Shown piece by piece: positions 10,134-19,136 of a DNA stretch of 64,000 nucleotides (positions within the stretch are counted from its first letter, which is position 1; each line of letters begins with the position of its first letter). The notes beneath the pieces were generated by a model. That model had not been told where the DNA came from, made no database searches, and saw only the letters and a program-made list of their open reading frames with translations. Source of the DNA: an uncultured Verrucomicrobiae bacterium. Lineage in GTDB: Bacteria > Verrucomicrobiota > Verrucomicrobiia > Chthoniobacterales > UBA10450. The position numbers and the translations under genes were made by a program. The stretch covers positions 1,184,001 to 1,248,000 of the forward strand of contig CAVWPA010000003.1 of the NCBI GenBank assembly GCA_963756875.1. Reading direction: 5' to 3'.

Positions 10134-10541
10134 CTACTTTTTAACAATCTCAGCGTTCTCGATCATGCTGATACCGTCGCGCTCCACCACCTTGCCTTTG
10201 ACGGTAATCGTTTTGGCCGCGTACGGCGCAAGCTCGGCATTCATCGGCTTGTGATCGCCAATGATGATATAGGTTTTGTCCCCGCTCTTGATGCCGACCG
10301 GGCCGCCGCTCTTGATGCATTTCTCCGCACAGGCCGCATGTTTCTCACCGCTGGCGCCGTGATCGATGTAACACATCATATCGAGGACTTCACCGGTGAT
10401 TTCCTGCGTTCCGGCGGCATCGGACTTTTCCTTGCTTGGCTCTGCTGCAAGCGCAAGCGGGGACAAGACCATACCCGCACTGAACGCTACGACCACGGCT
10501 GCTTTCAGAATGCCGGGTTTGTTTGTTGTTGAATTAAACAT
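10134..10541 (-). CDS. Exported hypothetical protein with a Cys/His cluster
   Basis: Signal-peptide-like N-terminus and GEVLDMMCY...HAACAEKCIKSGGP. Confidence 0.75.
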   Translation of the reverse strand: MFNSTTNKPGILKAAVVVAFSAGMVLSPLALAAEPSKEKSDAAGTQEITGEVLDMMCYIDHGASGEKHAACAEKCIKSGGPVGIKSGDKTYIIIGDHKPMNAELAPYAAKTITVKGKVVERDGISMIENAEIVKK

Positions 10542-10626
10542 GAGAGGAATCTCTGCCCATTTCCCATGCGGTCAAGAAGATCGGACGTGCGGCCGCACTC
10601 GACATAGCAAAAAGTAAGAGCGCGCC

Positions 10627-11769
10627 TTACTTTTGCTTCTCGATCAGGTCGGCAAATTGCGAGAAGAAATAGGAGGCGTCGTGTGGGCCCGGCGCGGCTT
10701 CGGGGTGATATTGCACGCTGAAAATCGGCAATTCCTTGTGGCGCATTCCTTCCACGGTTCCGTCGTTCAAGTTAATGTGCGTGACTTCCACATTTGACGG
10801 CAACGATTTCGGATCGACCGCGAACCCATGATTCTGCGCGGTGATCGCCACCTTGCCGCTCCGCAAATCTTTCACCGGCTGGTTTGCGCCGCGATGCCCG
10901 AATTTCAGTTTGAAGGTCGATCCGCCAAAAGCGAAGCCAAGGATCTGATGTCCGAGACAGATTCCGAAGATCGGCTTCTTTCCCATCAAATCGTGCACCG
11001 TCTTGTGAGCGTACGGAAGCGCCGCCGGATCCCCCGGACCGTTCGACAGGAAGATACCGTCCGGATTAAGCGCGAGCACTTCCTTGGCGGTCGTCGATGC
11101 GGGAACAACGGTCACCCCAAAGCCTTTTTGCCGGAGCAATCGCAAAATATTTTGTTTGATTCCGTAATCGTAAGCCGCAACGCGAAACCGAATCGGCGGC
11201 AATTTCGGTTGATCTCCTCCATTGCCGGGCCCGACCGACCACGGGGCGCTTAGCTTGTCTTCGGGGTCCCATTGATAAATTTCCGGCGTGGAAACTTCGC
11301 GCACGTAATCCATTCCGATGACGCCCTCGCCCTCGATTGCGCGTCGCACCGCGTCGTCGATCGACATTTCATCGGTCGTCAGGCAGGCTTTCATTGCGCC
11401 GCGCGTGCGCAGGTGCCGCGTTAACGCGCGTGTATCGATTCCCTGTACCCCGGGGACGTCCCATTTTTGCAGATATTCCTCGAGCGACATCTCCGAACGC
11501 CAGTTGCTCGGGCTCTGGCTCAATTCTTCAATGACGAATCCGCGCACGTGCGGCGAGCGGCTTTCCTGGTCGAGCGCATTTGTTCCGTAGTTGCCGATGA
11601 GCGGATAAGTCATCGCCACGATCTGGCCGCGATAAGATGGGTCGGTCAGCACTTCCTGATAACCGGTCATCGCGGTGTTGAAACAGATTTCACCGATGCG
11701 CGTGCCGGTCGCGCCAAACGATTGGCCCTCGAAGTGACGGCCGTCTTCCAGGGCGAGAATTGCTTTCAT
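10627..11769 (-). CDS. carA: Carbamoyl-phosphate synthase small subunit
   Basis: [31 protein letters not shown] and QYHPEA motifs. Confidence 0.97.
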   Translation of the reverse strand: MKAILALEDGRHFEGQSFGATGTRIGEICFNTAMTGYQEVLTDPSYRGQIVAMTYPLIGNYGTNALDQESRSPHVRGFVIEELSQSPSNWRSEMSLEEYLQKWDVPGVQGIDTRALTRHLRTRGAMKACLTTDEMSIDDAVRRAIEGEGVIGMDYVREVSTPEIYQWDPEDKLSAPWSVGPGNGGDQPKLPPIRFRVAAYDYGIKQNILRLLRQKGFGVTVVPASTTAKEVLALNPDGIFLSNGPGDPAALPYAHKTVHDLMGKKPIFGICLGHQILGFAFGGSTFKLKFGHRGANQPVKDLRSGKVAITAQNHGFAVDPKSLPSNVEVTHINLNDGTVEGMRHKELPIFSVQYHPEAAPGPHDASYFFSQFADLIEKQK

Positions 11770-11778
11770 TAGTCTAAA

Positions 11779-11816
11779 AACGCCCAACGTTCAACGCTCA
11801 ACGGCCAACGCTCAAC
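11779..11816. repeat. Heptamer tandem array (AACGYYC)x5
   Basis: aacgccc aacgttc aacgctc aacggcc aacgctc aac, just upstream of the carA start. Confidence 0.8.
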
Positions 11817-11835
11817 CAAAATGTAGTGAGGAATT

Positions 11836-11923
11836 ATCCGCTAAACACGCCAAATAACGCTAAAGAAAAGATAAAGTTTCTGATCCTCTGAATTTTTCGC
11901 GTCTTTTAGCGTATTTGGCGGAT
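11836..11923. repeat. Palindromic repeat, copy 1 (related to 18791-18889)
   Basis: ATCCGCTAAACACGCCAAATAACGCTAAA...TTTTCGCGTCTTTTAGCGTATTTGGCGGAT. Confidence 0.75.
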
Positions 11924-12038
11924 CCTCTCTCTCTTACTTCGCCTTAAAGATCTGCGCCAAAATTCGCGCCTGCCGCGCCGTAGTCTTGCGAAGGCGGGTG
12001 ATTCGCGGGAAATTTCCGAAAGATTTAACGCTTCAAGG

Positions 12039-12073
12039 AAAAAGCCCGGATCGAAGGATCGATCCGGGCTTTT
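12039..12073. terminator. Bidirectional intrinsic terminator downstream of 6S RNA
   Basis: AAAAGCCCGGATCGA-AGGA-TCGATCCGGGCTTTT is a perfect stem flanked by A and T tracts. Confidence 0.85.
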
Positions 12074-12080
12074 AAATTTT

Positions 12081-12263
12081 TACCCCGCCGATGCCGTTTA
12101 GGTGAATCTCCCGTCCCTTTTGGGTAACGGGCGGATGACCGTCGCCGGAGCGTCTGACTTCCAACTAAGGCATGTCATGTTCTCCGAAGTGCGACCCAGC
12201 CTCCTTTGGTTATTCAAGTATCGGTTCGGGGATCACACCTGGAATCTCGTACATCGCAGGGTA
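12081..12263 (-). ncRNA. ssrS: 6S RNA
   Basis: About 183 nt. On the minus strand the 5' end ACCCTGCGATGT pairs with the 3' end GCATCGGCGGGGT. It has a CCGA...CTTGAA core, lies directly downstream of pheT and is followed by a terminator. Confidence 0.85.
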
Positions 12264-12271
12264 AATTTTTC

Positions 12272-12345
12272 GAAAGTCGCCGGTCGAGAGTTGAGAGAAA
12301 AACACTGGTTTCCTGCCCAACCCTCAACGGACGACTCTCACTTTC
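12272..12345. repeat. Degenerate heptamer (GTTGAGA-like) hairpin between pheT and 6S RNA
   Basis: GAAAGT..GTCGAGAGTTGAGAG...CCCTCAAC..ACTCTCACTTTC, related to 59771-59851. Confidence 0.55.
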
Positions 12346-12360
12346 AAAGAACTATTAGAA

Positions 12361-14733
12361 CTATTCGCGCAATTCTGCGCCGAGTTCGCGCCGCAAGCGT
12401 TCGCGAATTCTCGCGTGCGCTGCGGCTACTTCCTCGTTCGTCAGTGTGCGATTCCGGTCACGGTATGTCAATCTATATGCGAGCGACTTTCGCGCCGCTC
12501 CCAATTGTTCTTTCTCTGTTCCCGTAAAGACATCGAAAAATTCGACCCGTTCCAACAGCGGCTCCTTCGGATGCAAAATTAGCTTCCATATTTCTTCGTG
12601 GGTCAACTCATCAGGAACAATCATGGCGATGTCGCGCGTGATCGCCGGGAATTTCCCAAATTCACGGAAAGTTGCGCGCGATCCCTGGCCGCGAAGCGGG
12701 AAATCGAGCGACACTTCCGCAACGAAAACATTGCCAGATGCATCGATTTTCGAAGCAAGTGAATTCGATAACCGGCCGGCCAATCCGATTAGTTCATTAC
12801 CTGCGCTTACCTCTGCAGCGAGAGCAAAGTGATCGTGCTGGCTGCGGCGGAAGGATAGCGCATCGATCCTTGCTAACTCGAGCGCACCTTTGAGATCGAA
12901 GAAATCGAGCTGACGCTTGTCGCTTCTCCAATGAACCTGGCCACCGACAGCCCCCCAAAGAAGAATGGCGACACGCTTTTTCTCTGCGCCGCTTGGAGGT
13001 TCGAAGACCCTGCCTATTTCAAAGATGGCAACCCGGTCTGCTCCGCCGCGAATATTGCGGTCAAGAACACCTAACAATCCCGCCAATAAAGTGGGCCGCA
13101 ACGCGACATGATCCTCAGTCAGCGGATTGCGCAACTTGATGGCGTTTTCGCCGAACGCGAATCCTTCTCGCGGAAGCAATTTTGAAGTGCGCACTTCGCT
13201 GAGGCCGGCGGCCGCAAATCGTTCGCGCAAGAGAGACTCGAGATCATGTGCATGGTCCGCCGCGCTCGATGGCGTGAAGCGGCTGCGGTCCGTGCCGGCA
13301 ATTTTGTTAACGCCGTAGGTGCGGACAATTTCCTCGACCAAATCGACATCGCGCTGCAGGTCCCGCCGATAACTCGGAATTTTCCATATTCCTTTGCCTC
13401 CACTCTCCTTTTTCGCCTTGGTTAAGCCCGATTTGCTTTTGCTCAATCCAAATCGCTCGAGAATTTGGTCGGCGGTTTTCGGCTGGATTGCGAGCCCCAG
13501 AACCTGATTGCACTTTTCGTAATTTAGAGAAACGTCGCCAGGATTCGGCGGCAGTTCTCCCGCCACGCGAATTTCTTTCGCCGGAGTTCCGCCGGCGATT
13601 TCGCGAATCAGTTCTGTCGCACGATCTGACGCGCGCAAGACCATTCCCGGATCGACCCCGCGTTCGAAGCGATAGCTCGCGTCGCTCGGCAAACTTAGAT
13701 TACGCGCCGTTCGTCGAACGCTCGCAGGCGAGAAGCAGGCGCTTTCCAATAAAATACTCCTTGTCGGTTGAGTTACGCCGGTTTCCTCGCCTCCCATGAC
13801 TCCTGCGATCCCAACCGCGCGTTCTTCATCGGCGACCACGAGGTTCTCTTTCTTCAGCGAATAGGTTTTGCCATCGAGAGCGAGAAATTTTTCTCCATCA
13901 TGGGCCAGGCGCACATTGATGCCGCCTTTCAACTTGTCAGCATCGAACGCATGCGTCGGCTGCCCCAGCTCGAGCATCACAAAATTCGAGACGTCAACGA
14001 TGTTGTTGATGGAGCGGATCCCGACAGATTCGATTTTTGCGCGCAACCAGGCGGGGCTTGGTCCGACCTTTACATTATCGATCCTGCGCGCGGAGAAAAA
14101 CGGACATTCGCTAGGCGCGGCAATCTTCACACCGGACGCTTTAGTGGCCGCCGTCCCCGGCGGCAGCTGTGCGTGCAGCTTTCCGCCCGTTAGCGCCGCG
14201 ATCTCCCGCGCGAGGCCGTAATGACTGAGCAAATCGCCACGGTTCGGCGTGATCTCCACGTCAAGAATCGTGTCGTCCGGAAAAAGATCGGCGATGGGGG
14301 CGCCAATCTTTGCGTCGGGCGACAGGATCAGCAGGCCGGCGGCATCCTCCGAGAGGCCGAGCTCTTTTCCGCTGCACAGCATTCCTTCGCTTTCGACGCC
14401 GCGCAGTTTGCTTTTCCGAATCTCCAAACCATTCGGCAAACGCGCGCCCGGCAATGCCAGCGGCACTTTATCGCCCACCTTGTAATTGGTCGCGCCACAA
14501 ACTATTTGCCGTTTCGTTCCGCTCCCGTCGTCGACTTCGCAAACCGTCAGACGATCGGCATTCGGATGACGCGATGAAGCGGCGATCTGCGCGACCGTCA
14601 CCTGATCGATATTCGCCCCGCGTTGCTCGATCCCTTCGATCTCGATCCCGGCGAGCGTGAGCAATTCCGCAAGCTCATCGACACTCGCGGGGGCGTCGAC
14701 AAATTCGCGGAGCCAGTTAACGGAGAATTTCAT
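12361..14733 (-). CDS. pheT: Phenylalanine-tRNA ligase beta subunit
   Basis: MKFSVNWLREFV, HPNADRL, ITPNRGDLLS and ASYRFERGVD motifs, with a C-terminal FDX-ACB domain. Confidence 0.97.
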   Translation of the reverse strand: MKFSVNWLREFVDAPASVDELAELLTLAGIEIEGIEQRGANIDQVTVAQIAASSRHPNADRLTVCEVDDGSGTKRQIVCGATNYKVGDKVPLALPGARLPNGLEIRKSKLRGVESEGMLCSGKELGLSEDAAGLLILSPDAKIGAPIADLFPDDTILDVEITPNRGDLLSHYGLAREIAALTGGKLHAQLPPGTAATKASGVKIAAPSECPFFSARRIDNVKVGPSPAWLRAKIESVGIRSINNIVDVSNFVMLELGQPTHAFDADKLKGGINVRLAHDGEKFLALDGKTYSLKKENLVVADEERAVGIAGVMGGEETGVTQPTRSILLESACFSPASVRRTARNLSLPSDASYRFERGVDPGMVLRASDRATELIREIAGGTPAKEIRVAGELPPNPGDVSLNYEKCNQVLGLAIQPKTADQILERFGLSKSKSGLTKAKKESGGKGIWKIPSYRRDLQRDVDLVEEIVRTYGVNKIAGTDRSRFTPSSAADHAHDLESLLRERFAAAGLSEVRTSKLLPREGFAFGENAIKLRNPLTEDHVALRPTLLAGLLGVLDRNIRGGADRVAIFEIGRVFEPPSGAEKKRVAILLWGAVGGQVHWRSDKRQLDFFDLKGALELARIDALSFRRSQHDHFALAAEVSAGNELIGLAGRLSNSLASKIDASGNVFVAEVSLDFPLRGQGSRATFREFGKFPAITRDIAMIVPDELTHEEIWKLILHPKEPLLERVEFFDVFTGTEKEQLGAARKSLAYRLTYRDRNRTLTNEEVAAAHARIRERLRRELGAELRE

Positions 14734-14734
14734 A

Positions 14735-14874
14735 TCCGGGGAGCGGACGCGCCCTCGCGTGCACCGTTCGTCGCCTCGCCGAACGGAATGAAAAGAACAA
14801 AAGAGTTTCCGGCGAGGGCGCCGGAAGTCCGAGCCGGACTGGCGTTAGCACGCGAGGCGCGTGCGCTCCCCGGA
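14735..14874. repeat. Family A palindromic element, copy 1 (pheS-pheT spacer)
   Basis: TCCGGGGAGCGGACGCGCCCTCGCGTGC...GCACGCGAGGCGCGTGCGCTCCCCGGA. Confidence 0.85.
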
Positions 14875-14893
14875 ATTGAGAATCTCGCGAGGT

Positions 14894-15910
14894 TCATGCG
14901 AACTGCCTTAAAAACCGCAGATCGTTCTGCGCAAACAGCCGGATGTCCGGGATGTCGAACAGGATCATGGCCAGCCGGTCCATACCGAGACCGAAAGCAA
15001 ATCCGCTCCATTTTTCCGGATCGTAAGCGTTGTCGCGGCGCGCCTTGTTTACTTCTTCAAAAACGGCCGGGTGCACCATTCCGGAACCGGCCACCTCGAT
15101 CCACTGCTCGCCGCCCTTGAGCGCCTTCGAGCGCACGTCGATTTCGAAACTCGGTTCAGTGAACGGAAAATAATGCGGACGAAAACGGACCGCGGTTTCC
15201 GGCCCGAAAAGTTCGTGAAAGAAAAATTCGAGCGCGCCTTTCAAATCCGCGACACTGACATTTGCATCAACATAGAGACCTTCGATCTGGTGAAATTGCG
15301 CGCTGTGAGTCGCGTCTACTTCGTCGCGTCGATAGGCGGCGCCTGGAGCAATTACCCGGATTGGTGGAGGCGCAGCTTGCATGGCGCGGATCTGCACAGT
15401 CGACGTGTGCGTACGGAGCAAGCGTCCGTCCGGCAGATAAAATGTGTCCTGTTCGTTGCGCGCCGGATGATCGGACGGCGTGTTCAGCGCATCGAAGCAG
15501 TGCCATTCCGTTTCAATATCCGGCCCGTCGGCAAGCGCGAAACCCATCCGCCGAAAAATGGCGATCCCGCGCTCGAGCATTTGGGTGAGGGGATGTAAAG
15601 AGCCGAGTTCGACCGGCGTTCCGGGCAATGAGATGTCGGTGCGGCCGAGCGCCGCGCGTTCCGCTTCGGAGCGAAGTTTTCCGGCGCGTTCCTCGATTGT
15701 CGCGGTGACTGCATTGCGGATCTGATTGAGTAATTTTCCGACGACCGGTTTTTCGTCGGCGCTCAGCGATTTCATGCGATCGCCCCATGCCGAGATGCTG
15801 CCGTTGCGGCCCAGGTATTTTACGCGCGCGGCTTCGAGCGATTTCTCATCGCCGGCCGATTCGACTTCGCGCAGCGCTTCGTCGCGCAGTTGTTCGAGCG
15901 GATGGTTCAT
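14894..15910 (-). CDS. pheS: Phenylalanine-tRNA ligase alpha subunit
   Basis: HPAR..QDTFY, LRTHTSTVQIR, FHQIEG, YFPFTEPS and GFAFGLG motifs. Confidence 0.97.
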   Translation of the reverse strand: MNHPLEQLRDEALREVESAGDEKSLEAARVKYLGRNGSISAWGDRMKSLSADEKPVVGKLLNQIRNAVTATIEERAGKLRSEAERAALGRTDISLPGTPVELGSLHPLTQMLERGIAIFRRMGFALADGPDIETEWHCFDALNTPSDHPARNEQDTFYLPDGRLLRTHTSTVQIRAMQAAPPPIRVIAPGAAYRRDEVDATHSAQFHQIEGLYVDANVSVADLKGALEFFFHELFGPETAVRFRPHYFPFTEPSFEIDVRSKALKGGEQWIEVAGSGMVHPAVFEEVNKARRDNAYDPEKWSGFAFGLGMDRLAMILFDIPDIRLFAQNDLRFLRQFA

Positions 15911-15921
15911 GGAACGAAGCA

Positions 15922-15958
15922 AACGTTGAACGTCCAACGCCCAACGTTCAACGTTCAA
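15922..15958. repeat. Heptamer tandem array (AACGYYC)x5
   Basis: aacgttg aacgtcc aacgccc aacgttc aacgttc, just upstream of the pheS start. Confidence 0.8.
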
Positions 15959-15967
15959 TTCAGAGAA

Positions 15968-16028
15968 TTGTAGGGCAGGCGCATCGCCTGCCTGGGTCGA
16001 ATCGGCAAGCGGAGCGCTTGCCCTACAA
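15968..16028. repeat. GTAG-type REP-like inverted doublet
   Basis: TTGTAGGGCAGGCGCATCGCCTGCC...GGCAAGCGGAGCGCTTGCCCTACAA. Confidence 0.8.
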
Positions 16029-16042
16029 CAGCAATCGAAATA

Positions 16043-16420
16043 TTACGCGGCCTTTTTGTTTTTCTTTTCCAGCGCGCTCTTCGCTTGTTCGACAATCGAC
16101 TTGAAAGCGGCGGCGTCGGTCACGGCGAGATCGGCGAGGATCTTGCGATCAAGCCCAATGCCGGCCGCTTTGAGCCCTTCGGCGAAACGGCTGTAAGTCA
16201 TTCCGTTTGCGCGGGCGGCCGCGTTCAAGCGTTGGATCCAAAGATAGCGAAAAGTGCGTTTGCGTGTCTTGCGATCGCGATACGACCAGTACTGGCCCTT
16301 CATTGTCGCGTCTTTCGCGTAACGGAAAAGTTTGGACCGGCGTCCGCGGTAACCTTTGGCTTTTTTAATGACGCGTTTGCGTCGCGCACGGCTGGCCGGC
16401 GCGTTGGTGGCTCTTGGCAT
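16043..16420 (-). CDS. rplT: 50S ribosomal protein L20
   Basis: [47 protein letters not shown]. Confidence 0.97.
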   Translation of the reverse strand: MPRATNAPASRARRKRVIKKAKGYRGRRSKLFRYAKDATMKGQYWSYRDRKTRKRTFRYLWIQRLNAAARANGMTYSRFAEGLKAAGIGLDRKILADLAVTDAAAFKSIVEQAKSALEKKNKKAA

Positions 16421-16598
16421 GTTGTTTCGCCCCCGCCGTGGCGGGGACTCCTCCTTCAGCGAGCTGTTGTTTCCTTCTCGATCCTTCCGACCTCGCTCGC
16501 CGATTTAGTCCCGCAGACGCGGGACAGGTGGAAAGATTTTGTGGGCACAGAAGTTAGGCGGCCCATCTCAAATGACAAATAATTTCCTGCGTTCAGCC

Positions 16599-16631
16599 TT
16601 CCTTCGACATTCGGCATTCGTGCTTCGGCAT
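16599..16631 (-). repeat. Heptamer-type (CGAATGM) repeat arm, inverted copy of 46322-46354
   Basis: The reverse complement matches 46322-46354 at 31 of 33 positions. Confidence 0.75.
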
Positions 16632-16651
16632 TTTCTGGTATAATCCTGCGC

Positions 16652-18784
16652 ATGCATTGGCTCAACCGCCACAGGTTGGTGATTCTCGTCGCGATTTGCG
16701 CGCTGTGGACGGTTCTGATCCTGACAGCCCATTTTTTCCCGACAGTTCCCTTTATTTCCACGCCCTGGCGCAGTGAGCAGGGTTTTGAGGATTTGCTCCG
16801 GCGCGAGGGCCGCAAGACAGCGACCCGTCCGGACTTCGTCTTCGTAGGCATCGACCAAAGCACGCTGGAATTTCAGCCTTTCGACCCCGAGCAGATGGCA
16901 AACAATCGTGCTTTGCAATTGATGGCGGCACAGACTTATCCATGGTCGCGGGAAGTCTGGGCGCTCCTGCTCGACCGTTTATGCAATGCCGGCGCGCGGC
17001 TGGTGATGTTCGACGTTAGTTTCGATAAGGCACGCGAGGGGGATGCGGAGTTTCGCGCCGCCTTGGATCGTTATCGCGACAAAGTTGTCATTGCGGCGAA
17101 CTTCGACTTATCGGCCGTCGGTGACAAAGGCGGCATGGCGCTGAACGTGCCGCCGAATGCAGACCTGATCCCGCCGCCTCAAATGGAAGACGATCGCGTC
17201 GGTTACGCCGTATTTTTCCCCGACCCGCTGGATAAAAGAATCCGCTCGATTCGTTATACGCTGACCGATTTGCAACTGGCGGGCCAGATGCCCCTGCGTG
17301 GTGAGAAGCCGTATGAAGCCCTCAGCGCGCGCGCGCTGGAAAAACTCGGCCACGCCGCGGATGTGCCGCGCGATCTGGAGCCGCACCTGATGCGGTTCAG
17401 CTCCGCCGACGCTTACCAGCCTCATCCGCTTTGGGAAATCTTCGATAACAAAATCTGGCATGCCAATTACGGCGATGGCGCTTTCTTTAAAAATAAGATC
17501 GTCGTCGTTGGCGCGTCATCGCAGATTGCCCATGACGTTTTCGATACGGCGATCAGTCCCGAGACACCGGGACCAACGTTGCACTTGTACGCGCTGGCTG
17601 CGGCTCTGGAGCGTCAATTCTTGTACAACACGCCGCTCTGGGTCGATTTTGCGACGATTGTTTGTGCCGGCATTTTTTCCTGGGTGGTCGTCGCTTTTGT
17701 CCGGCGTCCGTTCCTCTGTTTCGTCGTGCTGCTCGGTATTGGCGCGGCATATCTGGGGGCAGCGCGGATTCTCTACGATCGACTGGGGCTGTTCATCATG
17801 GTGGTGCCGACTCTCAGCGCTTTCCTGGGCGGTGGGATCTCCGGGCTCGGTTTCGAGTACACGCTGGAGCGCCTGGAAAAACTGCGCACCCGGCGCACTC
17901 TGGAGCGTTATGTCTCCAAAAATCTGGTGAAGGAGATTCTCGATAACCCGGGTGGCTTTTACAGTTCCATGCTGGGATCGCGCAAACCGGTAACGGTGCT
18001 TTTTTCCGACCTGGTTGGCTTTACGAGTTTGACTGAGTACGCCGATCCGGTCTCGCTGGTTAACCAGCTAAACGAGTATCTGAGCTGCATGGTGCCGCAT
18101 GTTTTCGATAATGGCGGCACGCTCGACAAATTCATTGGCGACGCAATCATGGCGGTTTGGGGAAATGTGAGCAGCCACGGCGCTGCGGCAGATGCGAAGT
18201 CGGCCGTGACCGCGGCGCTCGGTATGCGGGCGGCGCTGTTGAAGCTTAATGAAAAATGGCGCGCCGAAGGCAAAAAGGAGCTGCACTTCGGTGTTGGCAT
18301 CAACCACGGCGACGCAGTCGTGGGAAACATCGGCTCGTACGAACCGCACGAACGGCTCGATCCGACGGTCATTGGGGATGCAGTCAATCTCGCTTCGCGC
18401 CTCGAAGGGTTGACGCGAATTTACGGTGTCGACATTCTGCTCGGCGAGGCGGCGGCCGATATGGTGCGCGATCAATTTCACCTGCGAACAGTGGCGCGCG
18501 CTCAGGTGAAGGGGAAAACAAAACCGGTTGACGTTTGCACTCTGGTCGGCGCGCGAGATGAAAATGTTGATCCGGAGCTTTTGAAATGGCTCGAAGTGTA
18601 CGAAGAAGCCATTCGCCGGTTCCGCGACCGCGATTTTGCGCAGGCGAAGATTCTGTTTTCGCGGTTTCTCGAATTCTATCCCGAGGACAATCTGGCCAAG
18701 ATGTATTTGGAGCGAGCTCTCGAGTACGAACAAGTCCCACCGGACCCGGCCTGGAACGCGGTGGAGGTGTTTAAGAAGAAATAG
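16652..18784 (+). CDS. CHASE2-domain class III adenylate/guanylate cyclase
   Basis: CHASE2 region (VGIDQ, PWSR..A.LLDRL), three TM helices, and FSDLVGFT, DKFIGDAIMA and IGDAVNLASRLE motifs. Confidence 0.92.
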   Translation: MHWLNRHRLVILVAICALWTVLILTAHFFPTVPFISTPWRSEQGFEDLLRREGRKTATRPDFVFVGIDQSTLEFQPFDPEQMANNRALQLMAAQTYPWSREVWALLLDRLCNAGARLVMFDVSFDKAREGDAEFRAALDRYRDKVVIAANFDLSAVGDKGGMALNVPPNADLIPPPQMEDDRVGYAVFFPDPLDKRIRSIRYTLTDLQLAGQMPLRGEKPYEALSARALEKLGHAADVPRDLEPHLMRFSSADAYQPHPLWEIFDNKIWHANYGDGAFFKNKIVVVGASSQIAHDVFDTAISPETPGPTLHLYALAAALERQFLYNTPLWVDFATIVCAGIFSWVVVAFVRRPFLCFVVLLGIGAAYLGAARILYDRLGLFIMVVPTLSAFLGGGISGLGFEYTLERLEKLRTRRTLERYVSKNLVKEILDNPGGFYSSMLGSRKPVTVLFSDLVGFTSLTEYADPVSLVNQLNEYLSCMVPHVFDNGGTLDKFIGDAIMAVWGNVSSHGAAADAKSAVTAALGMRAALLKLNEKWRAEGKKELHFGVGINHGDAVVGNIGSYEPHERLDPTVIGDAVNLASRLEGLTRIYGVDILLGEAAADMVRDQFHLRTVARAQVKGKTKPVDVCTLVGARDENVDPELLKWLEVYEEAIRRFRDRDFAQAKILFSRFLEFYPEDNLAKMYLERALEYEQVPPDPAWNAVEVFKKK

Positions 18785-18790
18785 AAAATG

Positions 18791-18889
18791 ATCCGCCAAA
18801 CACGCCAAATGACGCCAAAAAAGAACTGACTCGAGATGGTCCAATCTCCTGCTCCGAACTTTTCGCGTTTTTTGGCGTCATTTGGCGGA
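18791..18889. repeat. Palindromic repeat, copy 2 (related to 11836-11923)
   Basis: ATCCGCCAAACACGCCAAATGACGCCAAAA...TTTTCGCGTTTTTTGGCGTCATTTGGCGGA. Confidence 0.75.
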
Positions 18890-18915
18890 GGTTCTTCGGC
18901 TGCGGCGGAATCGCA

Positions 18916-19096
18916 TTAGAACCCATCTCATAAACAAGGAATGAGTGCTTAGCCCCCAGGGTTGCGGTTCTTTGTCGCCGCAGCGGCGTTGCTCGTCGGT
19001 CAAAGATCCATGAAGGATATTCTTCCTCCTCGCGCCTTGCTGCCGCGCCAAATCTCCAGCAACGCAGCCGTTCCCTATTTATGAGATGGGTTCTAA
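18916..19096. mobile_element. MITE-like non-autonomous element with perfect terminal inverted repeats
   Basis: TTAGAACCCATCTCATAAA (18916-18934) and TTTATGAGATGGGTTCTAA (19078-19096) form a perfect 19 bp inverted repeat. The element is 181 bp with no transposase. Confidence 0.78.
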
Positions 19097-19136
19097 GCAA
19101 TCCGTGGTTTGTTTTTTCCTTAGCTGAGCGTAAAGA

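Noticed and set aside
14730..15011. 93 aa ORF running through family A copy 1 and ending at the pheT start
   Set aside because: It overlaps pheS out of frame and is repeat-derived. A role in translational coupling cannot be supported from sequence alone.
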